NCBI GenBank assembly: GCA_964016885.1
Contig: OZ024743.1
Coordinates: 232,624,001-232,688,000, forward strand
Source of the DNA: Eledone cirrhosa
Lineage: Eukaryota
Reading direction: 5' to 3'
DNA length: 64,000 nucleotides
Both the position numbers and the translations under genes were made by a program. The first letter of the stretch is position 1. Each line of letters begins with the position of its first letter. This document shows positions 25,628 to 37,873 of the stretch, in pieces. The notes under the pieces are model-generated. The model was not told the origin of the DNA, searched no databases, and saw only the letters and a program-made list of their open reading frames with translations.

Positions 25628-26865
25628 AGGTAAGTATAGGTATGTAGGTAGATGGATAAGTAAGTTGGGAAGGAGGTAGGTAGATAGGTTGCGAGGTAGG
25701 TAGGGAAGTAGGTGGGTAGGTAGATAGATAGATTTCTTTAGATAGGTAGGTAAGATGGTAGGTAGGTAGATAGCTATGTAGGTAGGTAGATAACTATGTA
25801 GATAGGTAGGTACATAGGTAGGTAGGTATGTTGGTAGGTAGGTAGATAGCTATGTAGGTAGGTAGATAGGTAGGTAGGTAGGTAGGTAGGTAGATAGCTA
25901 TGTAGATAGGTAGGTAGATAGGTAGGTAGGTAGGTAGGTAGGTAGGTAGGTAGGTAGGTAGGTAGGTAGGTAGGTATGTAGATAGGTAGGCATGTAGGTA
26001 GGTATATAGGTAGGTAGGTAGGTAGGTAGGTAGGTAGGTAGGTATATAGGTAGGTAGGTAGGTAGGTAGGTATATAGGTAGGTAGGTAGTAGGTAGGTAG
26101 GTAGGTAGGTAGGTAGGTAGGTAGGTAGGTAAATAGCTATGTAGATAGGTAATAGGTAGATATGTAGGTAGGTAGGTAGGTAGGTAGGTAGGTAGGTAGA
26201 TAGGTAGGTAGGTATGTAGGTAGGTAAATAGCTATGTAGATAGGTAATAGGTAGATATGTAGGTAGGTAGGTAGGTAGGTAGGTAGGTAGGTAGGTAGGT
26301 AGGTAGGTAGGTAGGTAGGTATGTAGGTAGGTAGATAGCTATGTAGATAGGTAATAGGTAGGTAGGTTGATATGTAGGTAGGTAGATAGGTAGGTAGGTA
26401 GGTAGGTAGGCTGGTAGGTAGGTAGGTAGGTAGGTAGGTAGGTAGGTAGGTAGGTAGGTAGGTAGGTAGATATGTAGATAGGTAACTTTCTTTTTATTTG
26501 CCACCAGGGCATCAAAAAGTGGGACAAGTACAATGGGGGGAGTTTACTCAATAAGGAGGAGGCAATAACAAGATATAAAAAATAAAATATAAAATATAAC
26601 CAAAATAAATTTAATTGGGTAGGTAGGTAGGTGTGTAGGTAGATAGATATGTAGGTAAGTAGATAGGTAGGTAGGTAGGTAGGTAGGTAGGCATGTAGAT
26701 AGGTAGGTAGGTGTGTAGGTAGATAGATATGTAGGTAAGTAGATAGGTAGGTAGGTAGGTAGGTAGGTAGGTAGGTAGGTAGGTAAATAGATGGGTAGGT
26801 AGGTAAGTAGGTAGGTATGTAGGTAGGTAGGTAGGTAGGTAGGTAGGTAGGTAGGTAGGTAGGTA
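25628..26865. repeat. (TAGG)n tetranucleotide satellite, interrupted by about 130 bp of unique sequence at 26484-26615
   Basis: Direct inspection. Confidence 0.95.
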
Positions 26866-27004
26866 CCAATGAGAAGAAAGTACAAAGCAAGAAAGAAATA
26901 AAGGAGGGAGAAAACTGAAAATAAAATAGAAATTTTATAAATAATTTAGCGGGCAATTAATGTTCATCATTGATTGACCAACAGTTAAAAATATAAATAT
27001 AAAT

Positions 27005-27272
27005 ATAATTTCTGAAAGTTTCTGAAAGTTCGTTCGTCACATATTTTTTCTGTGACATCTTCATCTAAATTATTTATAAAAATATAAATATTTAGTGAAT
27101 TGAAGCGAAAACCAAATCAAACGATGAGTGTGTTTGATATTCTTTTTAGCAATATTAGGACATGACTCTCCCTAACTATAACAATATCTGTTTCAACACA
27201 CGATTTCATATAAAAAACCTTGCAAAATAAATACATCGCCGTCAAAGAAACGTAAATTAATAAAATATATAT
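27005..27272. mobile_element. Old rearranged fragment of the 16.3-18.8 kb PLE family (inverted hammerhead + 3' tail)
   Basis: Minus strand atgaagatgtcacag...tgtgacgaacgaacttt (decayed HHR). Plus strand tgactctccctaactataacaatatctgtttcaacacacg matches the PLE 3' end. Confidence 0.75.
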
Positions 27273-27276
27273 ATTA

Positions 27277-27495
27277 GTTTCTGATTTAAGCTTAAACCCA
27301 ACAATTTTAGGGGAAGAGAAAATCGATTAAATCGACTGCACTGCATTACTGGTACTTTATTTTATCGACCCCGTATGGATGAAAGGAAAAGCTAAACTCG
27401 ATAAGATTTGAACTCAGAACGTAAAGGAAGAGGAGTAACTCTATGCCATAAATCATGCTGTCCGACGTTCTGCTGATACTACCAATCCACCGCCC
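27277..27495 (-). mobile_element. SINE family A copy (older subtype)
   Basis: Consensus match ending ccaatccaccgccc. Confidence 0.85.
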
Positions 27496-27749
27496 GTCAT
27501 AAACAAATTAATATTGAAGGAAAGAATAAGAAGTCAGTCCGCAGTGACTTACGATATATTAACGTACATGAATATTTAAAGGGGAGAGAATCAATATAGA
27601 AAATATCCTCATATATTCTGTTTTACTATATCCTGTTGTGATCATATATTTCGTAAACTGTTCAACTTCAACTATTATATTTTTAATTATTTACAAAGTA
27701 GTTTAGAGTGCAGAATCATCTCACCTGTCCTGTAATTACTGCTGTATGT

Positions 27750-27823
<74 letters not shown>

Positions 27824-27995
27824 GTGCGTGTGCGCGCGCGCGTGTGTGTGTGTGGCCGTGCGTATTTCTTCGTTGATTTTGTTTTTTGTGTTTTTCTATT
27901 TTAGTTCATATTGAGAAAAATAACAACTGAAATATTTGACAGGTCTAGTTGGTGCTGTTGTTATTGCGTAATCTCTAATAGAGGGTAAAATAGAG

Positions 27996-28585
27996 TACAT
28001 GCCAAACTGTACAGGCAACACCATCAAAGCAATCAACGGCAGTGATATCAACCAAGTCAAGGATTTCAAGTATCTTGACTCCTGGATAATGGACTCTGAG
28101 AAGGATTTCGCAACCAGAAAGGCCCAAGCATGGTCATCTTGCAACAAGATGGATCGAGTGTGGCGCTCAAATCTTTCCAATCACACCAAGATCAGACTCT
28201 TCCAATCTTGCTATATGGAAGTGAACCATGGACGCTTTCATCCAAACAACAAAAGCACCTTGATGGCACTTACACTCGCATGCTTCAACGCATTCAGGAC
28301 ATAAGCTGGGGACATCTGCCTTTGAGAGAGATATATGCCGGCCTCCCACGCATATCTGTCGTTGTACGTAAAAGGAGAGTAAGATTTGCTGGCCACTGCC
28401 ATCGTGCCATCTACAATGATGTGTCCCCATTAGTGCTTTGGAAACCACAAGCAGTGATTAATAACAGGGGGCGCAATTTCTCCTACTCCGATGTCATCAC
28501 CAGAGATTCTGATAATGAACGACAGACCCACGTGGAGATCAATTGTTGAGTCCATTTCGACTGAGGCCGCCGGATGATGATGATG
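27996..28585 (+). mobile_element. 5'-truncated RTE-clade LINE with (GAT)n tail and TSD
   Basis: VKDFKYLDSWI...RKAQAWSSCNKMDRVWRS...LLYGSEPWTL...LDGTYTRML...RVRFAGHCHR, with a frameshift. Tail (gat)4. TSD aatagag at 27989-27995 and 28586-28592. Confidence 0.9.
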
Positions 28586-29494
28586 AATAGAGCAGGCATA
28601 TGATCAAAGGCGTTCTAACCATGAACATCCCATCTTTATGTATCAGAAATAATGTATCTGGTGTTAACTCATTTCATGACACCTAATTTTACGACTGGAG
28701 TGTATGGTTTCGGGAATATTTTGCTGCCATTTCTAGCATATCAAGAAGCTTCATATACGACGACTGGAGAAGAGAATTTTGCAAATCGTAATTTTCTAAC
28801 CAACTCCTCTTTTTTAGCCAACGGGCTTGGTGTTACGCAAAGAATATTTCCGGATATTTAACCAGCATCAGTGAGGTTTCTTCCTTAGGATCTGGTGTTC
28901 TCAAACGGTCACTGACATAGTTGTGGCATGATCACAGATTAAAACATGCATAGCAAGTCGTATATATGTTTTTTTAATATATAATAATATTGTATATGCC
29001 TCCATATATTCCTCTATTTTGAACCTCGCTATGTTAGTGCTACTGCTAAGTATGTATGTATGCATTTATGTAAGTATGTGTGTAAGTAAGTATATATGTA
29101 TGCATGTATGCATTTATGTATGTAAGTATGTATGCATGTATGTATGTATGTATATAGATTTATATGTATGTTCTTCTGTTTTCATAATTTCACTAGACCA
29201 CCTGTGGTCCGTTGGGTCACTTAAAAGTATATTTTTTTTAAATCATGTTCAGTTAAAAAATAATTTTTTAGTAATTAAAATATAGACAGATATGTATATA
29301 ATGAAATTGGAAGGCCCATATGTATGTGTGTGTGTGTGTGTGTGAGTGTGTGTATGTGTGTGCGCGCATGTGTGTGTGTATATATATATATATATATGTA
29401 GGTGTCTGTGACCTATATACACAGGTCAGACACACAACACATACACACATACATACACACACGCACACACCCACACATATATATATTCACACAA

Positions 29495-29549
<55 letters not shown>

Positions 29550-29753
29550 TACACACAAACTTAGAAAACCTTTCTATTTAGCAGGAAATATTCGCTACAC
29601 ACATCCTGTCCTAACACAAGTTATATTATATATATCACTTAATATTCAGTCATCAAAATTTAGCAAAATACAGTAATGCTGTATTCGATCCTTTGAAGTC
29701 ACTTGTTATAATTTCTTTCAACAACACCACTAGATATCTCTCTCTCTCTATCC

Positions 29754-29815
<62 letters not shown>

Positions 29816-31000
29816 CTCTCTTTTAATCTACTCTCTCACAACCACTATCTCTTTCTCTTTTTCTTTCTCTCTCTCTCTCTATTTATGAAGATACCTTGAA
29901 AAACCACATATCTCGGGAACCCATGCTCTTCCTTTCAATGTATTTTCCGATTATGCGACATTTTGGCTGTATTAAATTACAGACAAAAATACAATCACAG
30001 AGTTTAGTAGTATATAGATACATTTTTACCAATAGAGAGAGGGTCGGTTTCTAGCATAGACTCAAGTCTCTCTTATTGGAATTTAAACAACATCAACTAG
30101 GTAGATATGCATGCATGCACGCGGGTGTGTGCACGTATGGATATTATTGTATGTATGGATGTGTATGTTTTGAGTTATATGTCTGCATGTGCATATGTTT
30201 TGTATCTGTACATGTGTACAAGCAGTTATTGCGTATGTATGTATAAATATTTTATCAATACCTTATCGTTATTCAAACTGAATTCAAACCGAAATCCAAA
30301 TATTTTACGTTTAGCATTCGCTATTACATCTGTTGAACTAACACTAACATTTAACGCTGCAAGCTATGTAAGGTAACATGAGTAACACAAATAGTTCTCT
30401 TGTTCTTCCAAAATAAATTTAAATGATATTCCAAGGCTTTAAACCAAGTCTGAGATTATGCTTTCTATCAGCAACATGAAGCGATTAAAGAATTACTGGG
30501 AAGACATTTCGCAATGCCTTAATTACTTTGCAGGTAAGTAGCTTTGTTAATAGACATCTTTCGCGGGCATATGAATGCAGAAGTGATCATCTTCTACAGA
30601 TATAGAAAACCATTCTGAAGCTACCATAACGATAAAAATAACATAATTTGCTGAAAACAACCGTGTTAACTGCAACAGTAGTATTTCCAGCCCCATCAGC
30701 ATTACTCTCAAAAAAGAACCTCACAAATGTTTTGTATAGATAGACGAACAATAACTCAGAAATATGTGAAATTTAAGTTATTTTCAACAGAAATTTGTAG
30801 AGAGCTTTGTAAATTATATAAAATTTGACTAATACTATTAAACACTAATATTAACGATACAGTAATTGGGATCTATGTATATATATATATATATATATTA
30901 CAGCAGGACTCCTACGGATGTTTTAATGATACGGTTGCCAGACCTGTCATAAAACCCAGCGTAAAATGCACACGCACACACATCTATATCATATCGTATA

Positions 31001-31040
<40 letters not shown>

Positions 31041-31897
31041 TGCAAGGATTTTGACATGAAATCGTGTGTCTAAACAAATATTGTTTTGCTTGGGGAGGGT
31101 CATATTGTTATAATAATATTGCCAGAATTATTAACAGAACACACTCACTGTTTGGTTGGTTTTCGCTTCTGTATCTTTTATATCAGTTAATTTATACGGT
31201 CCTCAATGTTTACCATTGCCTGACCAACGGTCAGTCAATGGTAAACATCGTCAGTGGTGCTATTATGTTTCCTCTTGTTGTATTGTATGTCTACGCCATC
31301 TTTATTTAATCTGTCTATTTATTTATTTATTTATTGTTTTATTGTTTGCTAAACAGAAAAAAATGAATGGAATAACAACAACACCCAAACAAACAATACT
31401 GACCTAAGAGAAATATAAATAAATAAATAAATATATACACGAGCACAATAACAACAAACACATATAAGCACACACTAGTAAACTAAGATAGAATACAATA
31501 ACCAAAACAGTCACTCTAACGCGAACACACATCAAACACTATACACACACGCAAACGCAGGCGCAGAGAAGAAGACAAAAATAAATAAATAAATAAATAG
31601 ACAGATTAAATAAAGTTGGCGTAGACATGCAATACAACAGGAAGAAACATAATAGCACCACTGACGATGTTGCAGATGTGCAACGAAAGAACTGTGTTAG
31701 ACTATATATATGTGTTTGTGTCTATATTATATCTGTATTTTTTACCGTTGGTCTGTCAATGGTAAACTTTGAGGACCGAATAAATTAACTGATATAAAAG
31801 ATACAGAAGCGAAAACCAACCAAACAGTGAGTGTGTTCTGTTATTAATTCTGGCAATATTATTATAACAATATGACCCTCCCCAAGTATAACAATAT
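31041..31897. mobile_element. Non-coding fold-back PLE pseudo-LTR insert related to the 16.3-18.8 kb element
   Basis: Arms about 31078-31330 and 31580-31897 are reverse complements. The 3' end tgaccctccccaagtataacaatat|(TA)n is nearly identical to 18785-18809. Carries an HHR. Confidence 0.85.
31657..31698 (+). ncRNA. Minimal hammerhead motif, probably inactivated
   Basis: acca-CTGACGA-t-gttgca-gatg-tgcaac-GAA-ag-aa-ct-G-tgtt. Same layout as 18613-18655 with a different stem II. Position 17 is G. Confidence 0.7.
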
Positions 31898-31993
31898 ATA
31901 TATATATATATATAGCAGATGATTCAGGAAATTTCGAGCATGTGCACCCCAACGCCTATGGCAATAATGACAGGCGATCATTATAAATAATAG

Positions 31994-32104
31994 TTCAAAT
32001 CCCGCCGAGGTTAAATTTGCCTTTCATCCTTACGAGGTCGATAAAATAAAGTACCAGTAATGCACTGGGTAATTGCTGGCCTTGTGACAATAGTAGAAAC
32101 AATT
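31994..32104 (+). mobile_element. 5'-truncated SINE family A with TSD
   Basis: TSD attataaataatagtt on both sides. Confidence 0.88.
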
Positions 32105-32377
32105 ATAAATAATAGTTGAGAAAATCGTGTAAATTACCCTTGGGGACGAAACGATGTGCACAGAGGCACCTTTGGCCACAAGAGAATGTTATTATTAGCA
32201 CAACATTGTATGTGTCAAGCAGAATGGAAGGTATAACTAAACGTGTCAGTCTAAGTTGGCCACATAATTAATTAAATTATACATTTCTAGGCTAGAACCA
32301 TCCTTTATATTAAATTTAAGGTAAATTTAAAGTAAATATAACGACATTCTTTATTTAGAAAATTTCTCTGTAGTAAA

Positions 32378-32650
32378 TAATTGTTTCTACTTTTGGCACA
32401 AGGCCATCAATTACTCAGTACATTACTGGTACTTTATTTTATCAACTCCGTAAGGATGAAAGGTAAAGTTAACCTCGGCGGGATGAACTCAGACTGTAAA
32501 GGGCCATAACTCTTTGCTGCAAAGCATGGCGTCTGACCCTCTACCGATACTACCAATCCACCCCTTCTACCGATACTGCCAATCTACCGCCCCTGTAGAA
32601 AATAATTGTTTCTGCTTTTGGCACAAGGCCAGCAATTACCCAGTGCATTG
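32378..32650 (-). mobile_element. SINE family A copy with duplicated head segment plus a second tail fragment
   Basis: Copy at 32378-32593 (ctaccgatact.ccaat repeated) and fragment at 32603-32650. Flanking repeat ctgtag.aaataatt. Confidence 0.85.
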
Positions 32651-32769
32651 AAAATAATGATATGGTGTTATCTTCAGCTCAGAAGATAATACTCTCATAA
32701 AGTCAATCTTATATGTTTTTCTGTGTACAGAGTAATACTTGAAAGTGTTAACGCTTCATTCTTTTCAAT

Positions 32770-33780
32770 GTCATTTGCCTTTCATTCTTACGGTGTGGAT
32801 AAAATGAAGTACCAGTAACGCACTGGTGTCAATTCAATCGTCTTCCTCTCCCCCAAAAGTGTTGGCCTTGTGCTTAAATAAGAAACCATATATTAGAATG
32901 GTTTAGAACAGTGAATTAGTAAAGTCGTTTGAGCGTCAGACAGTTGCTTTTCTACATATATTTAAGCTCTTTACTGCCCGAGTTCAAATCCTGAACTTAA
33001 TGAACCAGTCAAGCACTGAAGATCGATGTAATTGCTGGACTAGTGCCTATACTTGAAATCCTTGTTTGGTTAGCGTTTGATTGGCAGTATCGGTAGAGAA
33101 TCTCACACCATGCTTTACATCAGAGAGTTACGTCCCTTTACGGTCTGAGTTCAAATCCCGCCGAGGTTAACTTTCCCTTTCATCCTTACGGAGTGGATAA
33201 AATAAAGCACCAGCAATGCACTGGGATAATTGCTGGCCTTGTGCCAAAGTAGAAACAATTATTAGGTTAGCAGTGTCGGTAGAGCATCAAACACCATGCT
33301 TAGCAGCATAGAGTTATGTCCCTTTACGTTATGTGTTCAAATCCCACTGAGGTTAGCTTTGCCTTTCATCCTTACAATACCAGTAATGAACTAGGATCGA
33401 TTAAATCGACTTTCCTATCCCCTTCAAATTGCTGGCCTTGTGCCTAAAGTAGAAATTATTATTAAACTGATATTCTATTTGTTGGCCACGAAAGTATAAA
33501 AGGAAAATTTTCCTCGCCAAGATTTGAATACAGAGCCTACAAAGCGAGAACAAATACCATAATGTATTATATCTGAGGCTTTAGCAATTGAAACAATACA
33601 CCACTATTTCATCGGTAGAGGGTCGGACGCCATGCTTTCCAGCATAGTTACGTCCCTTTATCGTCTGAGTTCAAATCCCGTCGAGGTTAACTTTGCCTTT
33701 CATCCTTATGGAGTCGATAAAATAAAGTACCAGTAATGTACTGTGTAATTGCTGGCCTTGTGCCAAAAGTAGAAACAACT
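32770..33780 (+). mobile_element. Dense cluster of about 5-6 SINE family A copies/fragments
   Basis: Copies at about 32770-32890, 32900-33060, 33080-33262, 33265-33462 and 33610-33780. Confidence 0.85.
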
Positions 33781-34167
33781 ATTTCAGAAAATTCCTATAC
33801 CGTTAATTAAGAAATTGGAGTCACAATTTGGTAGATATTTATTATTTATATGGATACTTTTCATTTCTTGCTGTTCTACAACAAATATAGGTATATAATG
33901 GCCTTATATTCACAAATGTTGACATGTATATTTTAGGAATATGAAATTGTTTCTATACAAAAGGCCTTGTTGGGACATCTGTTGTAGGTGAAATGAATGG
34001 AGACTTTGGTGTATGTGGTTCCAAAATTATAAATCTACAAATTGCAAATTTATTGATGCACATACAATGGGGTAACACTCAAAGAAACACATACGGTTAT
34101 ATATACAGATAAAATTTTCTCGCAACCATACACACACACACATATATATATACATATACACACACTA

Positions 34168-34201
<34 letters not shown>

Positions 34202-34255
34202 ACGCACACGCACACACACACACATAGATGTGTCTTTGCACATATAAGCTCGCAC

Positions 34256-34631
34256 ATTTGTATACAGTTATGTTCGAAGCTGAATTCTAATTCTATTATA
34301 TTATAAGTTGAGCCAACTTATAGACCTTCATATGCAAATGAGATTAATCACCTCATTTAAACAGACGAAAAAGCTATATATTTTCGCGTGTTTTCAATGT
34401 CCGGCAGTTGCAAGCGGGAGAGATCGTACTGCCGAGGACCAGTTAAGTTCGAAATGCATCGATGATTGTCCTCCTTGCTTCTGTCGGACACCGCCTGGTG
34501 GCGTTAGCTGCCAGTGTTATTCATAGCTATCGCTTTCTAAATGTTTATTTATAAACATACCGTATTGCTTTAGAAATACGAAATTCAAATATATATTTGT
34601 ATACAGCTATGTTTGAAGTAAAATTCTAATT
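34256..34631 (+). mobile_element. 339-bp hammerhead-containing unit with 37-bp terminal redundancy
   Basis: atttgtatacag.tatgtt.gaag...aattctaatt at 34256-34292 and 34595-34631. Internal HHR. Followed by (TA)n. Confidence 0.65.
34423..34466 (+). ncRNA. Minimal hammerhead motif with palindromic stem III (one core substitution)
   Basis: atcgta-CTGCCGA-ggac-cagttaa-gttc-GAA-atgcat-C-gatgat. ATGCAT is self-complementary. Core A6>C. Confidence 0.6.
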
Positions 34632-34895
34632 ATATATATATATGTGTGTGTATGTATATAATTATATCGGTTTGTTTTATTGTTTTAAATTTAGTCTGGT
34701 AAGCCCTATTGTTAATAGTTAGTATTTTTTTCACCCTAGCGTATCTGGTCCCTCACCATTTGAACATATATATGTTTATATCTGTGTTTATCTCTCTTCT
34801 ATATTCTATTATATTACACGGCTCAGAAAAACCTCTTTCTTTGAGGTATTTAATTGTAGGAGACTATTTTGAGTTTCTAACTCAATATATACATT

Positions 34896-34967
<72 letters not shown>

Positions 34968-34978
34968 TGTATGTATGT

Positions 34979-35424
34979 ATGAAATTTCATTTCACACTGT
35001 TAGTACGGTTGATACTTAAATATAAGTATGTATACGTACATACATATATGTATACAGACGTACAGTATTATGTATATACATACATACATGCACACACATA
35101 TATATATGTACGTATGGGTTTACCGAACATTTATTATAATGCTCGGTTTGTTTGTAAACAAACAGCCCGAATTATTAGCGGTACAGTGTTCAGCTACCAT
35201 CGTTGCCCTTTTGTTTAACACTGACAAAGGAACGATGAACTAGTTTCTAGCTTATTAGCTGTCATCAGCACCGTATACCTTTCTGTCAGTTGATTGAACG
35301 TTTGAAAGTATATACTTTCCTTATGCATATTAACGGTTGAGCAGCCTAATTTGCATATCGAGTGAGTTAGTCGGCCAGGCGTACCGAAAACGATAAATGG
35401 AAAAAATGAAATTTCATTTCTCAC
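34979..35424 (-). mobile_element. 427-bp hammerhead-containing unit with 19-bp terminal redundancy between microsatellites
   Basis: atgaaatttcatttc(a/t)cac at 34979-34997 and 35406-35424. Internal HHR on the minus strand. Confidence 0.65.
35232..35274 (-). ncRNA. Minimal type I hammerhead ribozyme with palindromic stem III
   Basis: acggtg-CTGATGA-c-agct-aata-agct-a-GAA-actagt-T-catcgt. Stem I pairs at 6/6 (one G-U), stem II 4 bp, ACTAGT self-complementary, GUU triplet. Confidence 0.8.
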
Positions 35425-35447
35425 ATGTATGCATGTATACATATATA

Positions 35448-35502
<55 letters not shown>

Positions 35503-36451
35503 GGGGGGGCGCATGCGTGTACTGGTGTACGTATATATGTATGTTTGGGCGTGTACATCGATGCGTCGAACAAATATACCTTCTTGTATTTCGATTCACT
35601 TTCGATTAGTTTTCTCATTTTATGCTATAGAGTAAACCCATCCATCCGATAAATATAGATCGATGAAATGTAAACGGCCAAAATGCTGGAGACGGTTGCT
35701 TCTGACAGAACCCGCTGGAAGGAGTGTTTAAAGATTCTTCCTCCACGGCCCTCTCATGAAGAAGAAGAAGACTCAATATAATCCAATATACATGTTGAAG
35801 AACTCACCACAGAGTAGCCGCAATCTAATGACATGAGAACAAAACCAGAATGGGAAACAAATTCGCCAATATGGTTGAGAGAACAGAAAAATCCACTTCA
35901 ATACCTGACTGATGAGATGGGAGACGAAGTGCTTACACTCAAAGCATAAAAAAAAATGAAAAACGGAATTTACAGCTGAGAACTATGCAGATGTACTTGT
36001 TCTTTAACAAGGTTGCGGGTCATGGAAGTTTTCTCGGGTGTTTTAATGATATGGGACCTAGTCTTACCATGAAATTAAACATTTTGCACAAAAATACTAC
36101 GTGCCATTCGGTCGGGAATCCAACCCACAACCTTAACCCTGTGACTCCAACATCCTAACCACTTTGTCACGCCCTTCACATGCGGTCTAATGACATGAAA
36201 CCAATAGTAGAATAGTTGTAAACATGAAGCAGGGAACAGAGAAATCGACCTCCCTCATAACTATTTTATCGACCTTGGTAGGATGTGAGGCATTACAGTA
36301 TGATAGTTTAGGAGATACCATGGTGGTATGCAAAGCGAACACTTTTCCACTAAGATCCCCCCCCCTCTCCCACGGAACCGTAACAATTATGACAAGGTAT
36401 GTTATTTGAAGGCAACTCATCATCCTTGCTGCCATATCATTAATAGATATA

Positions 36452-36647
36452 CAGACCTGTCAACTCTCCCCGTCCGACAGGGAGATCTTCCACCCACCAT
36501 GGGGTGGGTGAGAGATGTCTTCTCTTATGAAAATGGGTATAGCTTGCATTATGTAAATGCTCCCCATTTAGCCTCATTTCTCCCCGTTTTGGGGGCACAT
36601 ATTTTCATGGTACTCCCAGTTTGGGTTTTTAGAGGTTGGCAGGTCTG
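36452..36647. mobile_element. 196-bp hAT-like MITE
   Basis: TIRs cagacctgtcaac / gttggcaggtctg. The flanking 8-mers tagatata / gtgatata match at 6/8. Confidence 0.65.
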
Positions 36648-37757
36648 GTGATATACTCCCCATATATTTTGTTACACGCTGATGCAACCGGTTAATCCCT
36701 ACCCCACTCATAGCTCACACAGAACACTAAGTCGTGATACTTTTCTTATACACCACATTTTATATAACGGTATATAAAAAAAAATCGCTTTGAGTTCAAA
36801 TCTCGACAATATCAACTTTACTTTTCATCCTTTCGAGGTCAGTAAATAACAATTGCAGTCCAGGTGATGGGTTTTGCAATGATTTAAATGCTCAAGACAC
36901 GTCGCTTTTTTTTTCTAGACGGCGCCACAACGACACCGTCATGAGTTAAGATATGTTTGCTTTTTTGTAGTATCGAGTGGAGAATTAATCATTCATAACT
37001 CAATGTAAAGCATAGGATAAAAGTTCGAATCTGGCTGAAGCTAATGTATTTTATCTTGTATGTATGAAACGAATGAGTTGGCCTATTATTTATAATAATC
37101 TACAGGATAAGCAATGTACTTCAAAAATAGACTCTGTGTCTCACAGTGACGATTAACACAATTTCGGAGAAGATAATTATTTTCAATACCGAAACCTATA
37201 TTTTATGTGGATTCGAACCTTCACCTTATGCTTTCATCTATAAACAATAATTAATTATGTGTACATCACTCCTACAAAGAAAACTAAAGTAGGAAAAATT
37301 GAAGTATTTTATAAAATCTAAAGAAGTAAGAGAGTGAGTGTATAATAGCATGACTTGGGAAGGCTTCACGCTGAATCGCAAATTAAAATTACGAAGGTTT
37401 TTTAGCTTTGGTCACAGCTGAGACTTGACTACGTGGTAGAATAATTCTGTTGCATAATAGATATTACTTTCATCTTTACCAAACAAAGATTCCTCATTAG
37501 AGTCAATGAATTTCCTCGGTATCGAAAATAACATCTAATTGTATTTAATATCAAGGGCGGTGCTACAGCATGGCCTCAACCGGATGGCTGGAATAGGTAA
37601 GAGAGTAAAAGAATATGTCCCATCTGTAGGGTATCATTTAAATGCACACCTAGAGACGAGTTAAATTATCTCATTTGCTAACTGTGTTGTTGTTGGTATT
37701 ATATTATGTTTGCTGTTGCAGGTGAGGCTTAAATGGTAAGATCTATTGCCAAAGCAC

Positions 37758-37873
37758 TGAGTTCAAATCCCGCCGAGGTTAACTTTGCCTTTCATCCATA
37801 CGGGGTCGATAAAATAAAGTACCAGTAATGTACTGGGTAATTGCTGGCCTTGTGCCAATAGTAGAAACAATTA
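37758..37873 (+). mobile_element. 5'-truncated SINE family A
   Basis: ctgagttcaaatcccgccgagg...gtagaaacaatta. Confidence 0.9.

Noticed and set aside
25628-26865. Telomere-like repeat or PTYL-repeat protein
   Set aside because: The unit is TAGG, not TTAGGG or TTAGG. It is an interstitial tetranucleotide microsatellite.
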